NCBI GenBank assembly: GCA_050248855.1
Contig: JBFWRP010000013.1
Location: 49,797-113,796, forward strand
Reading direction: 5' to 3'
From: Planctomycetota bacterium
GTDB lineage: Bacteria; Planctomycetota; PLA2; JAEUHO01
Length of the DNA: 64,000 nucleotides
In this document: positions 39,352 through 50,246 of the stretch, piece by piece
Layout of the letters: every line of letters starts with the position of its first letter
Position numbering within the stretch: the stretch's first letter is position 1
Notes under the pieces: model-generated
Database searches by the model: none
What the model saw: the letters and a program-made list of their open reading frames with translations, nothing else
What the model was told of the DNA's origin: nothing
Translations under genes and position numbers: made by a program

Positions 39352-40425
39352 ATGCACAGGCATCTCGCCCTGGCGCTGTTGCTTCTCCTCTCGTCCTGTG
39401 GCGGTGGCTCCAAGGGCAACGGTGGAGGATCCGCCGACCTCTCCACCCTGACGGGCACCTACTGGGCCGTTGCGATGGCCGCTACGACGGTCACGACGGA
39501 TTCGGAAGCGACCTGGGGAACGATGGTGTCCGATGGTGCGGGCTCGATCATGCCGCACAGCACCACGAACGACGACGGCGTCGTGTCGACCCCCCTCCTC
39601 ACCTCCAGCTTCGGCTACGAAATCGACGCGAACGGCGAGATCCGCTTTCTTCTGGGCCCGAATCCCGTCTACCGCGGGCGCATCACCGACGACGGTCGTT
39701 ACGCGGTCCTGTCGAGCCTGGGCGAGCCGCGCATCATCGTCCTCGTGCGGCGTGAGGGGACCCACACCGTCGCGGACATCGCGGGGACCTATGCCTTCGC
39801 GGGCGCAGGCTTCGCCACAGGACCGGCGGCCTACTTCATGTCCGCCGTGTTCGATGGCATCGGCGTGTTCGCGGGCACGGGCGCCATCAACGAGGCAGGC
39901 TCCATTGATGGTGGCAACCACAGCGGCCTGTACGACGTCGCCGCCAACGGTGGGGTGTCGATGGGCATCCTGGGAGTGCCGTTCCTGGGCGGACTTGGCG
40001 GCGACAACAACTTCGTCCTCCTGGGTGGCGGCACCACGAACGGCAACGACCCGCTGGGCTGGTTCCTCGTGCGACGCCCGGACTCCGGTGGCAACAACGG
40101 CTTGCTGTCCGGCACGTACTACGCCTGCGGGGTCGAGACCGCCTTGGGCAGCACGGACGAAGCGCAGGCCTTCTGGGGCGTCGTGCAGGCCAACGGCTTG
40201 GGCGGCTTCACCCTGCAAGGCCAGACGACCGGCCCCGGAGCCGTGGCGCCCCTCTCGCTGTCGGGAACCTACGGCGTGGCGGGCGACGGCACGCTCACCA
40301 TGAACCGCGGCGGTCTCATCGAGAACCTCACGGGCGCCGTCTCGCCCGACGGTCGCGTGGCGATCGCCTCCGGCGGCACCACGGCGAGCTCCAACCCCGT
40401 GCTGATCCTCATGTTCCGACGTTAG
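39352..40425 (+). CDS. Lipoprotein with three tandem beta-rich domains of about 110 aa
   Basis: GGAGG RBS, lipobox LSSC, and three repeats that each begin GTY and end in hydrophobic-RR. Confidence 0.8.
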   Translation: MHRHLALALLLLLSSCGGGSKGNGGGSADLSTLTGTYWAVAMAATTVTTDSEATWGTMVSDGAGSIMPHSTTNDDGVVSTPLLTSSFGYEIDANGEIRFLLGPNPVYRGRITDDGRYAVLSSLGEPRIIVLVRREGTHTVADIAGTYAFAGAGFATGPAAYFMSAVFDGIGVFAGTGAINEAGSIDGGNHSGLYDVAANGGVSMGILGVPFLGGLGGDNNFVLLGGGTTNGNDPLGWFLVRRPDSGGNNGLLSGTYYACGVETALGSTDEAQAFWGVVQANGLGGFTLQGQTTGPGAVAPLSLSGTYGVAGDGTLTMNRGGLIENLTGAVSPDGRVAIASGGTTASSNPVLILMFRR

Positions 40426-42701
40426 CGCGCATCGTGCGGCGCAAGGCGGACGAGTACGTTCGCCACGTCATCACCCTTCACGTCGACCACCACGCGGCGC
40501 CCCAGGAAACCCTCGGCCCACGCGCAGACGACGTGGCGGCCCGGCTCGAGACCGCGGATGTCCATGACGCCCGGGTCGGCATCGTCCTCCCAACGCGGCG
40601 GCTCCACGACGACACCATCGACTTCGACGCGCAGACCCTCGATGGCGGCCTGACCCGAGGGCGCTTCGACCGAGATGCGCAGCTGGCCGCCGGGTGGGCG
40701 GACGCTCCAGGGCCCGGGGCCCTCGAGCGTCGTCCGCCAGGGCATGACGAAGGATCGCCCCGCGGGGCCCGGTACGACCGTCACGCGCGCACCGGCTTGG
40801 AGAAGGGCGTCGCTGTCCGTAGGCACATGGACGAACCCGGCGGCATCCCCGTCGACGCGACACCGAGCCTCGACGTGCATGTCGCCGCGCTGCACGTACA
40901 CCGCGCCTGCATCCGGTCGACCCTCGACATCGAGGATCTTGAGTCGCAGGGCGGGAGGTGGTCGCTTGCGGAACACGACGCGGCCGAGATCGATCACGCC
41001 GTCGCGTCGGGGGAAGTCGCGCAGGTCGATCTCGCGGGGAAGCAGGGCGTCATCCCTCGGCTCGAGACGCAAGGGCACCTCGAGCACGTCGCCCAGATCG
41101 AGACGGAACGGCCCGCCGTGGGTGAAGGGACTCCAAAGTCCCATGGGAGACTCGGTCTTGACCGGGGCCCCATCGTCGTGCTCGGTGGACCCGACGAGCA
41201 CGATGGCAGGAGGCGCCGCCATGGACACGGGATCGGCGCCGGGCTCGTAGGCGCTGTCGGGAACGCGATGGAAGGTCTGAGTGGGCCAGCCGGACGCCGT
41301 CAAGACGCGGCTGTCCTCCACGACGGCAAACACCTCGCCTTGGGCGGGCAGATGGAGCATCACGACGCCGCCCTCGTCCTGCGCTTCGCAACAATCGAGC
41401 TGACGGGACCAGCCATGTCCCACGAGAACGAGGTTCACCCCCTCGGGCAACGCGCGCACGTCCAAGCGAAGTGGTCGCGGCGCATCCATCGCCACGCGCA
41501 CGCTGGTCGGGCCAGCGTCGGCAACCGTCACGGGGGCATGCGTGAGCGTGACGCCCGGGTACACATGCCATCCGTCTTCCAGCCAAGCATGCACGAGGTA
41601 CTCGCCGGGCGGACACCGCAACAGGTACTGGACGCGGTCGGGCGTCCACCCTGGGCGCGAGGTCCAGCCATCACTCGTCCTGACGGCAACCACGCCCAGA
41701 TCCAGGCCCTCCCTCGCGAGTGTCTCGAAGCTCCCGCGCAGCAGATCGAAGCGAACCGCGAGATTGGGATCGTCGGGGACGCCGGCGTCCTCGTCGAGCT
41801 CGTCCGTGAGGCGGATGACCCGCTCGATGCCCGGAGGTGGAACGCGCACGGCCATCTCGCCGCCGCCTGGCGACCGCGCCACCCGCAGCACGTCTGCCGT
41901 CCAGTGCGTCGCACTGGCACCCACGACGCGGAATCGTCCAAGGTCGTCGGTCCGCGTCCAGTGCACGCGCGGTCGATCCGCGATGCCGACGGCAACACCC
42001 GCCGCACGCTCGCCATCCGTGCGGAGGACTCGCCCACGGATCTCACGCCCCCACTCGCAGCGGACCAGCTGACGCTGGATCCCGTGCCGTGCGGACCTGG
42101 GGCTCTCGATCTCCCCGTAGCCGGCGAGCACGCCGGGGCCCCGGAACCAAACGAGCTCCCCCCCGCGGCACGACACGTCGCGCAAGCGCGCGAGGCCCCG
42201 CGCGTCCGTACGCGTGAGCTGCACGTCGGGGGTGGACCCGGAGCCGAGCATCGAGGAGACGTCGAGGTTGGCCAGCGGGCGGCCCAGGGGGTCGTGGAAC
42301 TCGAGCTCGACATCGCGCTTGGGTGACAAGGTGATGTCCGATCCGTCGACGGCCACGGGAGACACACCGCGAGGCGCATGCGAGGACGGCAGGAGGTACG
42401 CCCATTCGGGGCGGGGAGACGCGGGATCGCCCGCGGCCGCAAGGCGTAGCCAACCTTGCTCGTCGGTCACGCCTGTTGCCGCGGCTTGGGCCCGCTCCGG
42501 AAGCAGGCGCCCGCGCTCCGCATGGAGCTCGACGCGCACCCCGGCCACGGGCTCGCGGGTGCCTTCATCGACAACGCGAAACAGCGCCCAGGCGTTCTCG
42601 CGGCTCCGCGCGTCGGCAGCAAGGAGGCCGCTCGCGGGCTCCTCGGCAGCACACGGTGCACAAACGCAGGCGACCAGGACCAAGTAGCGGATCCACGACA
42701 T
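40422..42701 (-). CDS. Secreted carboxypeptidase-regulatory-like (beta-sandwich) repeat protein
   Basis: Signal-like N-terminus and repeated VVDEGTREPVAGVRV / TDEQG / GRVLRTDG / TDDLGRF motifs. Confidence 0.75.
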   Translation of the reverse strand: MSWIRYLVLVACVCAPCAAEEPASGLLAADARSRENAWALFRVVDEGTREPVAGVRVELHAERGRLLPERAQAAATGVTDEQGWLRLAAAGDPASPRPEWAYLLPSSHAPRGVSPVAVDGSDITLSPKRDVELEFHDPLGRPLANLDVSSMLGSGSTPDVQLTRTDARGLARLRDVSCRGGELVWFRGPGVLAGYGEIESPRSARHGIQRQLVRCEWGREIRGRVLRTDGERAAGVAVGIADRPRVHWTRTDDLGRFRVVGASATHWTADVLRVARSPGGGEMAVRVPPPGIERVIRLTDELDEDAGVPDDPNLAVRFDLLRGSFETLAREGLDLGVVAVRTSDGWTSRPGWTPDRVQYLLRCPPGEYLVHAWLEDGWHVYPGVTLTHAPVTVADAGPTSVRVAMDAPRPLRLDVRALPEGVNLVLVGHGWSRQLDCCEAQDEGGVVMLHLPAQGEVFAVVEDSRVLTASGWPTQTFHRVPDSAYEPGADPVSMAAPPAIVLVGSTEHDDGAPVKTESPMGLWSPFTHGGPFRLDLGDVLEVPLRLEPRDDALLPREIDLRDFPRRDGVIDLGRVVFRKRPPPALRLKILDVEGRPDAGAVYVQRGDMHVEARCRVDGDAAGFVHVPTDSDALLQAGARVTVVPGPAGRSFVMPWRTTLEGPGPWSVRPPGGQLRISVEAPSGQAAIEGLRVEVDGVVVEPPRWEDDADPGVMDIRGLEPGRHVVCAWAEGFLGRRVVVDVKGDDVANVLVRLAPHDAR

Positions 42702-42967
42702 CGGGTCGGCTCCCCAGCGCGCGCCTCGGACATCGCCGGCGAGACAGGTGCCGCGCGGGGACAAGCCTACGGGATTCGGCAGGGCGAGGCCGTGTCCCTA
42801 CGACGCCACGCGCTACGCGTGGTCCTGCGTGGCGTCGGGGACGGATGCGGGATAGCATGGCGGCGGCTTCTCGCGCCCCCGTCACTGCGCGCTACGGAAT
42901 GCTCGTGATGGGTCGTGCCGCCGGAGGAGCCATGCGGACGCCACATCGCGCCGCAGGAAGGAACTGC

Positions 42968-43570
42968 ATGAACGTATCGCTAAGCCACCGCTTCCGGGAC
43001 GCCCTCGCGCTGGCCGTCGAGGCGCACGCGGGTCAGGTCCGCAAGGGCTCGGAAACGCCCTACGTGGGCCACCCGCTGCAAGTGTGCGGCATCGCGCTGG
43101 AGCACGGAGCCGACGAGGAGCAAGCCATCGCGGCCTTGCTGCACGACGTCCTGGAGGACACCGACGCCACCTACGAGGACGTGCAGGCGCGCTTCGGAAC
43201 GCGCGTGGCCGACATCGTCCGCGGGTGCTCGGACTCCGAAGAGCCCGACGCCAAGGGGCCGTGGCGCGAGCGCAAGGAGCGCTACCTCGCCCACTTGGCC
43301 GAGGTCGGGCCCGACATCGCCCTGGTCTCCTGCTCCGACAAGCTGCACAACGCCCGCAGCATCCTGACCGACCTGCGCACGCACGGCAACGCGCTCTGGG
43401 ACCGCTTCACGGGCAAGCAAGACGGCTCGCTCTGGTACTACGACCAGCTCGTGGCGGTTTTCGCGCGCCTGCCGGTCCCGGCCGCCCTCCGCGCGGAGCT
43501 GGGCGACACCGTGCGGCGCATCCACGCGAGTCTCGGCAAGTCACCACCCGCGCCTACAAGCTCACCGTGA
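42968..43570 (+). CDS. HD-domain (p)ppGpp hydrolase-like protein (Mesh1/small alarmone hydrolase)
   Basis: AHAGQVRKG...PYVGH, AALLHDVLED and DKLHNARS. Confidence 0.9.
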   Translation: MNVSLSHRFRDALALAVEAHAGQVRKGSETPYVGHPLQVCGIALEHGADEEQAIAALLHDVLEDTDATYEDVQARFGTRVADIVRGCSDSEEPDAKGPWRERKERYLAHLAEVGPDIALVSCSDKLHNARSILTDLRTHGNALWDRFTGKQDGSLWYYDQLVAVFARLPVPAALRAELGDTVRRIHASLGKSPPAPTSSP

Positions 43571-44875
43571 CCTGCCGAGCGGCGCGCCGCGGGCCGGGCC
43601 CGGCGGAGGTCCCACCGCGCCGCGAGCGTGCGCCCCGACGTCGGCTGCCGGACTCCCGGGCCGCACACCATCCTCGCCCAGACGCGGGTCCAGCAGCTGG
43701 GGGTCCTCCCCGAACCGGGCCTCCGGGTCCTTCGAGGGCGTGCGCACGAACAGATGCGTGCCCCGCGGTGCGTCGTGGGCGAACCAGTGGTTGCGCGCGA
43801 AATGGAAGGTCGCGGGCTCCGTACCCGCTCCGAGGTTGACCCCACCCTCGCTCCAGGCCTGGGAATGGAACACGATCAGGTTGTCGGCCACCTCGACACC
43901 TCGGCACGGCACGAATCCCTCGGCGGTGTTCTCCTGCAGGATCCGGAAGGCCCAGCGGCCGGGATGGAGGATCGTGTTGAACGCGAAGCGGGAGCCGTCC
44001 ACCCCCACGAACGCCACCGCGGCCTGGCTGCCCACGATCACGTTCCCTGCGATCACGAGGTCCTTGGCCTCGAAGCGATCCCCCTCCCACGTCGAGAGCG
44101 GAGGGCGGAAGTAGTCCAGGCCCGTGCTGCCGCCGGCGTTGATCGCGCGCGCGCCGGCGTGCTCGAAGCGACAGCCGTGGACCCAGGTATCGCGCGTCCC
44201 CCCCTTCATCTGCACGCCCGATCCCCGCTCGAGGCCGGGCTCGTGCCGGAAGGTGCAGCGCGTGACCACGCCGTGCCGACAGCCGACCATGTCCACGGCC
44301 GATCCCGCACGGCCCCAGCGCTCGACCGTGCAGCCTTCGACACGGAAGCTCGTCACACCGCTCAGCTTGATGCCGTCGCAGTTGCCCGCGGGGCCGATGT
44401 CCTTCACCACGAGATCCTGGAGCACCACGTCGTGGGCCGGCGTCTCCGGCGTCCCGCCGTCATCCACGTTGATGCCGTTGCCCGTCGCGTTGCGGACGTG
44501 CAGTCCCCGCACGACGACGTGCATCGGATCGATCAGATGAAGGCCGGTTGTACCGCCATCGAACACGGGGGGTCTGTCCGTCCGGATGCCATGGATGACG
44601 ATGGGACGATCGGGCTCGCCGCGTAGGCCCACGAGCGTGACGCCGCCAGCGTAGTAGCCGGACATCAGTCCGATGCGTGTGCCCGGTCGCGCATCGGCCG
44701 CGGCCCGCAGGAGCCCCTCGCGGTCGTGCACGGTGACGCGAAGGGACGGGTCGGCCGACGTCTCACGACCAAGACCCGCCAAGACGAGGCAGCTCGCGAG
44801 GAGGAGGAGGATCCCGATGCCGCGACGCGTCGCCGTGCGGACCGGACAAGGAGCAGATGCTTGGGCCGATCTCAT
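43562..44875 (-). CDS. Secreted right-handed parallel beta-helix protein
   Basis: Hydrophobic leader and GNGINVDDGG, DGIKLSG, DMVGC, GVQMKGG and GNVIVG beta-helix repeats. Start approximate. Confidence 0.85.
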   Translation of the reverse strand: MRSAQASAPCPVRTATRRGIGILLLLASCLVLAGLGRETSADPSLRVTVHDREGLLRAAADARPGTRIGLMSGYYAGGVTLVGLRGEPDRPIVIHGIRTDRPPVFDGGTTGLHLIDPMHVVVRGLHVRNATGNGINVDDGGTPETPAHDVVLQDLVVKDIGPAGNCDGIKLSGVTSFRVEGCTVERWGRAGSAVDMVGCRHGVVTRCTFRHEPGLERGSGVQMKGGTRDTWVHGCRFEHAGARAINAGGSTGLDYFRPPLSTWEGDRFEAKDLVIAGNVIVGSQAAVAFVGVDGSRFAFNTILHPGRWAFRILQENTAEGFVPCRGVEVADNLIVFHSQAWSEGGVNLGAGTEPATFHFARNHWFAHDAPRGTHLFVRTPSKDPEARFGEDPQLLDPRLGEDGVRPGSPAADVGAHARGAVGPPPGPARGAPLGRSR

Positions 44876-44949
44876 GGTGAACGTCCCACCCGGCGCCCGA
44901 AGGTGATGCCCAAGCCCCAAGCGTCGGCCCGCCATGGCGACTCCGCCCT

Positions 44950-47900
44950 TCACTTCGCGGCACGCACCACGACGTCGGATCCCCCCGCCGTCACATCGGC
45001 CGCGAGGAAGCGTGCCACGCCCCCCTCGCGCTCGAGCCATGCCTCGAGCTGGTAGGAGCCGGGAGGCAGGCCGCGGACGCGAAACGTGCCGTCGGCGCGG
45101 ATCTCACCTCGCGCCCGGATGCCGCGCCTGTCCGCGGCAACCACCCGGCTTCCAGGGCCGATCCGCGTCGCGCCTTCGACGCGCCCGGTCAGTTCGAGTC
45201 CGGGCTTGGGAACGAGTCGATGGACGCCCGACCCGGGGCGAACGTTCTCGATCAGGTCGTACTCGCCCGTTGCCTCGACGTTCAGCCACAGCGTGCCTGT
45301 CGCCTGGGTCGGGGCCCACATCCGGAACGGCTCGGTGCCCGACGAGCCGAGACCCACCGACTGGACTTCGCTGCCGTCGAGGTAGAGGAAGACGAGCGTG
45401 TAGTGGATCCCACTACCTCCGACGACATGGCCCTCGATCGACCACGTGCGGCCCAGCTGCAGGCGTACATCGGTCGACGGAACCAGCACGGTGACGTCCT
45501 GGGCCACCGCGTGGCCTGTACCTCCCTGGGCTTGCAGCACGTACACCCCGGGCTCGAGCTCGCTTGCCACGAAGCGCCCCTCGGCATCGCAGCGCAGCAG
45601 CTGCGTCCGACGCGGGTCCCCCGGGTCCGGGCTGCGCACCCACACGCTGGCCTGGCTCGCGGGAAGGCCGTCGGCATCCACGACGACACCCGACAAGGCG
45701 ACGCTTGACTCCAGCTGCAGGACGAGATCCGCTCCGTCGGGCTGCACGCCCGCCTGCGAGAAGCGCTTGTAGGGCCACGTCAGGCCGTATGTCGCCGAGA
45801 CCTCGACGCGCAGGGGACCAGCACCTACAGCAGCGAGGTAGAACGTGCCGTCGGCCCCCGTTTGAGCCCCGGCACGCTCCGCACTCCCCGTAGCCGACGT
45901 CCACGTGACGTTGACACCTGCCTGCGGAACCGGCTCGCCGCGCGAATCCACGACGCGCCCCGCCAGCACGTGACAACGCTCCATGAGGATCTCGAGGGGC
46001 GGTTGTCCAGTACGTACGTGCTGCATCGAGGGACGCAGCCAACCGGCGGGTGCATCGACGACCACGGAGTGGACGGCTTCCGCCAGGCCTCCGATGCGGA
46101 AGCCACCGTCCGCGTCCGTGGTCACGGTCGGGGCGCCACCGTGGCTGGCGTAGCGGCTCCACCAGAGATCGTCGGTCGGCACGATCGTCGTCCGGACGGG
46201 GATGCCAGGCACGCCGCGACCCTCCGCATCGACAAGGCGTCCCTCGATGGCGCGACCAGGCGCGAGTCGGATCACGTGCGGTCCGTCCGCGAGCACGACG
46301 CCGGTGATCCCCCCCGGGGCGAGGTCCAAGGGGCGGCCCGCGGCATCCGTGGCGTGACTGACGAAGAGGTCGCCCGGCGCGGACGAAGCGGGGGCGGAGG
46401 TGCGGAACGTGCCGGACATGCAGGAGGCGTGCGAATCGCCGCGACCGCCCGTCTCGTCCTTCACCCAGACCGTGACGTCCGCGCGAGGTACGGGTCGTCC
46501 GCGATCGTCCACGATCGTGCCGAAGACCTCGACCTGGGGGACACGACGGCCGCGCAGCACGATGTCGGTGCGTCCGGCCTCTACGTCGTGGACAGGCTCC
46601 CCGCCCTGCACCCACAGCGAGTACCGACCAGGCCCGACCGACGCCTGGAAGCGACCGTTCTCGTCGGTGCTCGCGGCCAGGGGAGAGCGGTCGTGATCGC
46701 CGCGACCGTCCACGGCCGCGGCACGACAGCTCACGTGGACGCCCGCGAGAGGTACATCGTCCGCATCGAGGACGACGCCTGACAGCTCGAGTGGCGGTCG
46801 CCGCACGACGACGACGCCCTCCACGACTTGCCCCCACTGCAGGTCGAAGGTCCGTGCCTCCTCGGGCTCCGCATCCCCGGCAAACGCGCCGCGTGGCAGC
46901 TCGTACGTGCCCGCCGCCAGCCGGTCGAAGACGAACTCACCTCTGTCGTTGGAGTGCGCAACGACCACACCTCGGGAGCCCGGACGCCGTTGCAAGGGCC
47001 TCAGCCAAAGATGGCAGCTCGCGAGCGGCTTGCCCTCCGGATCGGTGACGCGGCCGCCAAGCTGCGCCCCCGGATGCAGCACGAGCTGCACGTCCTGGAG
47101 CGAAGCGGACAGCGCAGGCACGCGCACCACCAGCGGCGCCTCCATGCGCAGGTGCGCTCCATACGCATCGACCGACCACGCCTCGCCGCCGAGGATTCCC
47201 CGCAGCTCGAAGCGACCTCGTTCGTCGGTCGTGGTCGAAGGGGTGGGCAGTCCGGCGACCCGTCGCCAGTAGACCTCGTGGTTGGTCGCCTCGACCTGGA
47301 TCCCTTCCAGTGGTGTTCCCTCCGCATCGATGGCGACGCCTCGCAATGTAGGCGCTTCAAGAAGCACGAGGTCCTGCTCCACGATGCGCGCCTCACCGCC
47401 GACGAGCAACGACGCGCCATCGGGGCTGCTGGCTGCCTCCGATGTGTACGCGCGCAGTCGAACGCGGCCCACGGGCGACAGTCGCTCGAAGACGAATCTC
47501 CCCTCGGCGTCCGACGCCGTGCTGCGCCGCTCGGGCCGTCCGCTGGCATGAGCGAAGGCCATGTCGTGTTCGAGCATCACGATGGCGCCCGGGACAGGCG
47601 TAGCGGTCGGGTCCACGACGCGCCCCTGGATGGTGCAGCCGCGCGCCAGCTCGAAATCAACCTCGACGACGCCGGTGGCACCCAGCAGCAGGTTGCGATG
47701 GACGTCGCCAATCGTGATGAATCCCTCGGCCTCGACCGTGATCCCTTGGATCAGGCCGGGATCGAGGTGGTCGAGACGGTAGCCGCCGGTGGCATCGGAC
47801 CGTGCAAGGGCCCACCACCGACCGCGCGCTTCGGGACGGGAGCTGACGGCATGCACCAGGACGGAGGCACCCGCGACGGGTCGCCCCGAGTCGTCGGTGA

Positions 47901-48717
47901 CCTTGCCCAGCAGCGTAGGGCCTTCGGGGTACCGCCACCGGAGCAGCAGCTCGCCGTCGTGGGGAAGCACCGCCATCTGGCCCGTGCGGCGACCACGACC
48001 CGCCACGTTGATCGTGAAGGTCCACGTGCCCGCAGGCAGGGCTGCCACTTCGAAGCGGCCGTCGGAGCCGGTGCTCCAACCGGGCGTGCGATGGATGTCT
48101 CCGTTCACGGGGTCACGCGTTGCGATCACCGTGGCATGCAGGCCCTCGCCGTGCTCATCCACCACGCGGCCTCGGAGCAAGGCGCCACGTTCCAACACGT
48201 AGGTCGCTTCGTGGAGTCCACGCCGATCCGAACGCAGCGTGCGATCGGTCCAGCCCCACGGGGGTCCCGGACGGAGCAGGCAGCGGTACTGCGTCTCGGG
48301 CGCGAGGCCCGGGACGCGGAATCGGCCATCGGCATCACTGACGGCCTGCGCAACGGGCACGGTGTGCTCCAACACGCCCAGGCGCACTTCAAGCAGCTGC
48401 TGCTCGGCGGCGTCGCGGTCGCGGCGACGCCCCTGCGGCCTCTCGATCGTCACCTCGACGCCGGCCACCGGGGCCCCCTCGTCGTCCACGACCCGGGCCA
48501 GCAACGTGAAGCCGGCATGCTCCTCGAGCGATGCGGCCGCGCCCTGGGCCGCGTTGCCGACGAGCCCGACGGCGGGACCCTCGTCCCCCCCACCACGCAT
48601 GGCCACGGCGTCGCCGGGCTCGGAGGAGGGCGGTGCGTCGTGCCGCAAGACGAGCCAGGTGGAGGCAACGGCACCCAGGGCTACGAGGATCGCGAGCACC
48701 TGGGCCGGCTTGCGCAT
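44950..48717 (-). CDS. Large carboxypeptidase-regulatory-like domain repeat protein
   Basis: N-terminal TM and about 11 repeats of GRVVD..G.PV.GA.V....TD..GRF....L..G.Y. Confidence 0.9.
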   Translation of the reverse strand: MRKPAQVLAILVALGAVASTWLVLRHDAPPSSEPGDAVAMRGGGDEGPAVGLVGNAAQGAAASLEEHAGFTLLARVVDDEGAPVAGVEVTIERPQGRRRDRDAAEQQLLEVRLGVLEHTVPVAQAVSDADGRFRVPGLAPETQYRCLLRPGPPWGWTDRTLRSDRRGLHEATYVLERGALLRGRVVDEHGEGLHATVIATRDPVNGDIHRTPGWSTGSDGRFEVAALPAGTWTFTINVAGRGRRTGQMAVLPHDGELLLRWRYPEGPTLLGKVTDDSGRPVAGASVLVHAVSSRPEARGRWWALARSDATGGYRLDHLDPGLIQGITVEAEGFITIGDVHRNLLLGATGVVEVDFELARGCTIQGRVVDPTATPVPGAIVMLEHDMAFAHASGRPERRSTASDAEGRFVFERLSPVGRVRLRAYTSEAASSPDGASLLVGGEARIVEQDLVLLEAPTLRGVAIDAEGTPLEGIQVEATNHEVYWRRVAGLPTPSTTTDERGRFELRGILGGEAWSVDAYGAHLRMEAPLVVRVPALSASLQDVQLVLHPGAQLGGRVTDPEGKPLASCHLWLRPLQRRPGSRGVVVAHSNDRGEFVFDRLAAGTYELPRGAFAGDAEPEEARTFDLQWGQVVEGVVVVRRPPLELSGVVLDADDVPLAGVHVSCRAAAVDGRGDHDRSPLAASTDENGRFQASVGPGRYSLWVQGGEPVHDVEAGRTDIVLRGRRVPQVEVFGTIVDDRGRPVPRADVTVWVKDETGGRGDSHASCMSGTFRTSAPASSAPGDLFVSHATDAAGRPLDLAPGGITGVVLADGPHVIRLAPGRAIEGRLVDAEGRGVPGIPVRTTIVPTDDLWWSRYASHGGAPTVTTDADGGFRIGGLAEAVHSVVVDAPAGWLRPSMQHVRTGQPPLEILMERCHVLAGRVVDSRGEPVPQAGVNVTWTSATGSAERAGAQTGADGTFYLAAVGAGPLRVEVSATYGLTWPYKRFSQAGVQPDGADLVLQLESSVALSGVVVDADGLPASQASVWVRSPDPGDPRRTQLLRCDAEGRFVASELEPGVYVLQAQGGTGHAVAQDVTVLVPSTDVRLQLGRTWSIEGHVVGGSGIHYTLVFLYLDGSEVQSVGLGSSGTEPFRMWAPTQATGTLWLNVEATGEYDLIENVRPGSGVHRLVPKPGLELTGRVEGATRIGPGSRVVAADRRGIRARGEIRADGTFRVRGLPPGSYQLEAWLEREGGVARFLAADVTAGGSDVVVRAAK

Positions 48718-48860
48718 TCGTCCACTCCTGTTCCGTCCACTCCGTCCCGGAGCGTACCGACTGGCGCGGGCGGAGCGCAAGGCGGGCCGTCTCCGGGCAC
48801 CCGCCCATCCGACCCGCCCCCGCGCCCCTGGTACAAGCACTCCCCCGAGGAGGTTTCATC

Positions 48861-49367
48861 ATGAACTGGACCGAGCTGCTGAAGAGTGAAGTCGAGGATG
48901 CGTACCGCGCCGCCGACGGCCTGATGGGCCTCGTCGACGAAGACAAGCTCGACTGGGCGCCGGACTCCGGCGTGGAGTGGATGTCCACGCGCCGGTTGTT
49001 GCGTCACTTGAGCGATGCGTGCGGCTGGTGTGCGACCAACTTCGTGCACGACCGCTGGGGCCAGGTGATGAAGGGCGAGGCCAAGGACCAGCCCCCCACC
49101 TCCGTCGAGAGCGTGGCCGAAGCCCGGTCCGAGCTGGCCAAGGACAAGAAGCGCGCGCTGGACGCGATCGCCGACGCGGGCGAGGAGGCCCTCGCCTCCC
49201 GCATGGTGCAGGCGCCCTGGGAGCCCGTTCCCCGTCCGCTCGGCCAACACGTGTTGCAGATGGTCAACCATCTCAACCTGCACAAGTCGCAGCTCTTCTA
49301 CTACCTGAAGCTGCAAGGCAAGCCGGTCAACACGTTCACCCTCTACGGACTGCCGCAGCCCCAGTAG
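48861..49367 (+). CDS. DinB family protein
   Basis: GAGGAGG RBS, LLRHLSDACG and NHLNLHKSQLFYYLKLQG. Confidence 0.88.
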   Translation: MNWTELLKSEVEDAYRAADGLMGLVDEDKLDWAPDSGVEWMSTRRLLRHLSDACGWCATNFVHDRWGQVMKGEAKDQPPTSVESVAEARSELAKDKKRALDAIADAGEEALASRMVQAPWEPVPRPLGQHVLQMVNHLNLHKSQLFYYLKLQGKPVNTFTLYGLPQPQ

Positions 49368-49379
49368 AGGAGGACGCCG

Positions 49380-49922
49380 TCACGTCGCCGACAGCTCGAC
49401 GAGCTTGAGAACCGTCTTCCAGCTGCGCATGGTGCTGACGGTTCCGAGCGCGCTGTCGAACCACGCGTTGGTCAGCTTGCTGCGCGCCACACCCTTCGGA
49501 CAGTGCAGGTAGATCTCGCGGCCCACGACCTGGAACACGTCGGGCGGCGAGCGGTCGGGATCCAGCTTCGCGATGCGTGACTGCGCGGGGCGCGTCGCCA
49601 GGAAAGCCACGTGGAGGTACGCCTCGTCGGCCCCGCTCGCCAGGTACGGGTTGTCCTCGAGGACGGTGGCCAGCTCCGCGGCCGTGCGCAAGACGACGGG
49701 CACCTCGAGCCCGTGCTCCGCATAGAGGTGCGAGGCGACCTCCGCCGCCACCCGACGGGCCAGCGCCTTGTCGGCCTCGAAAACGACGTTGCCGCTCTGG
49801 ATGTAGGTCCGCACCTCCGTGCAGCCCACCTCCTCGAACACGCCGAGGAGGTCCTCCATCCGCAGGCGGTTCTTCCCCCCCACGTTGATGCCCCGCAGCA
49901 AGGCCACATGGGTCTCCGGCAT
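49380..49922 (-). CDS. DUF1697 domain protein
   Basis: VALLRGINVGGKN, TYIQSGNVVF and TMRSWKTV. Confidence 0.93.
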   Translation of the reverse strand: MPETHVALLRGINVGGKNRLRMEDLLGVFEEVGCTEVRTYIQSGNVVFEADKALARRVAAEVASHLYAEHGLEVPVVLRTAAELATVLEDNPYLASGADEAYLHVAFLATRPAQSRIAKLDPDRSPPDVFQVVGREIYLHCPKGVARSKLTNAWFDSALGTVSTMRSWKTVLKLVELSAT

Positions 49923-50122
49923 CCCACCTCCCGGGGGCGGGCCTAGAGGCCCGTGGCGCCCAGCATCGTCGCGGGACTGCCCCGTGTCGCCTCGGGGCTG
50001 GTCTCATGGGGAGGCCACCGCGCAGGCGGGAGCGTGGGCAACTCGGCCACCGTATCCCCAGGAGGACACCCGCTGGAATCCGGCGTGCGCACGCGGCGAA
50101 GGCCCCCCTGGACATCAGGGTT

Positions 50123-50176
50123 CTCGGGGCGGCGGGGGCGGCGGGATACCGCCGCTTTTCGTATCGCAGGAGATAC
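50123..50176 (+). repeat. Structured 54-bp direct repeat, copy 1
   Basis: CTCGGGGCGGCGGGGGCGGCGGGATACCGCCGCTTTTCGTATCGCAGGAGATAC; 51/54 identical to 51283-51336. Confidence 0.9.
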
Positions 50177-50246
50177 GGATCACGGGCTCCGTCCGCGCGG
50201 TGCCCACTGGCTGTCCGCGTCCGTCCCTCGGCATGATGCGCGGATC

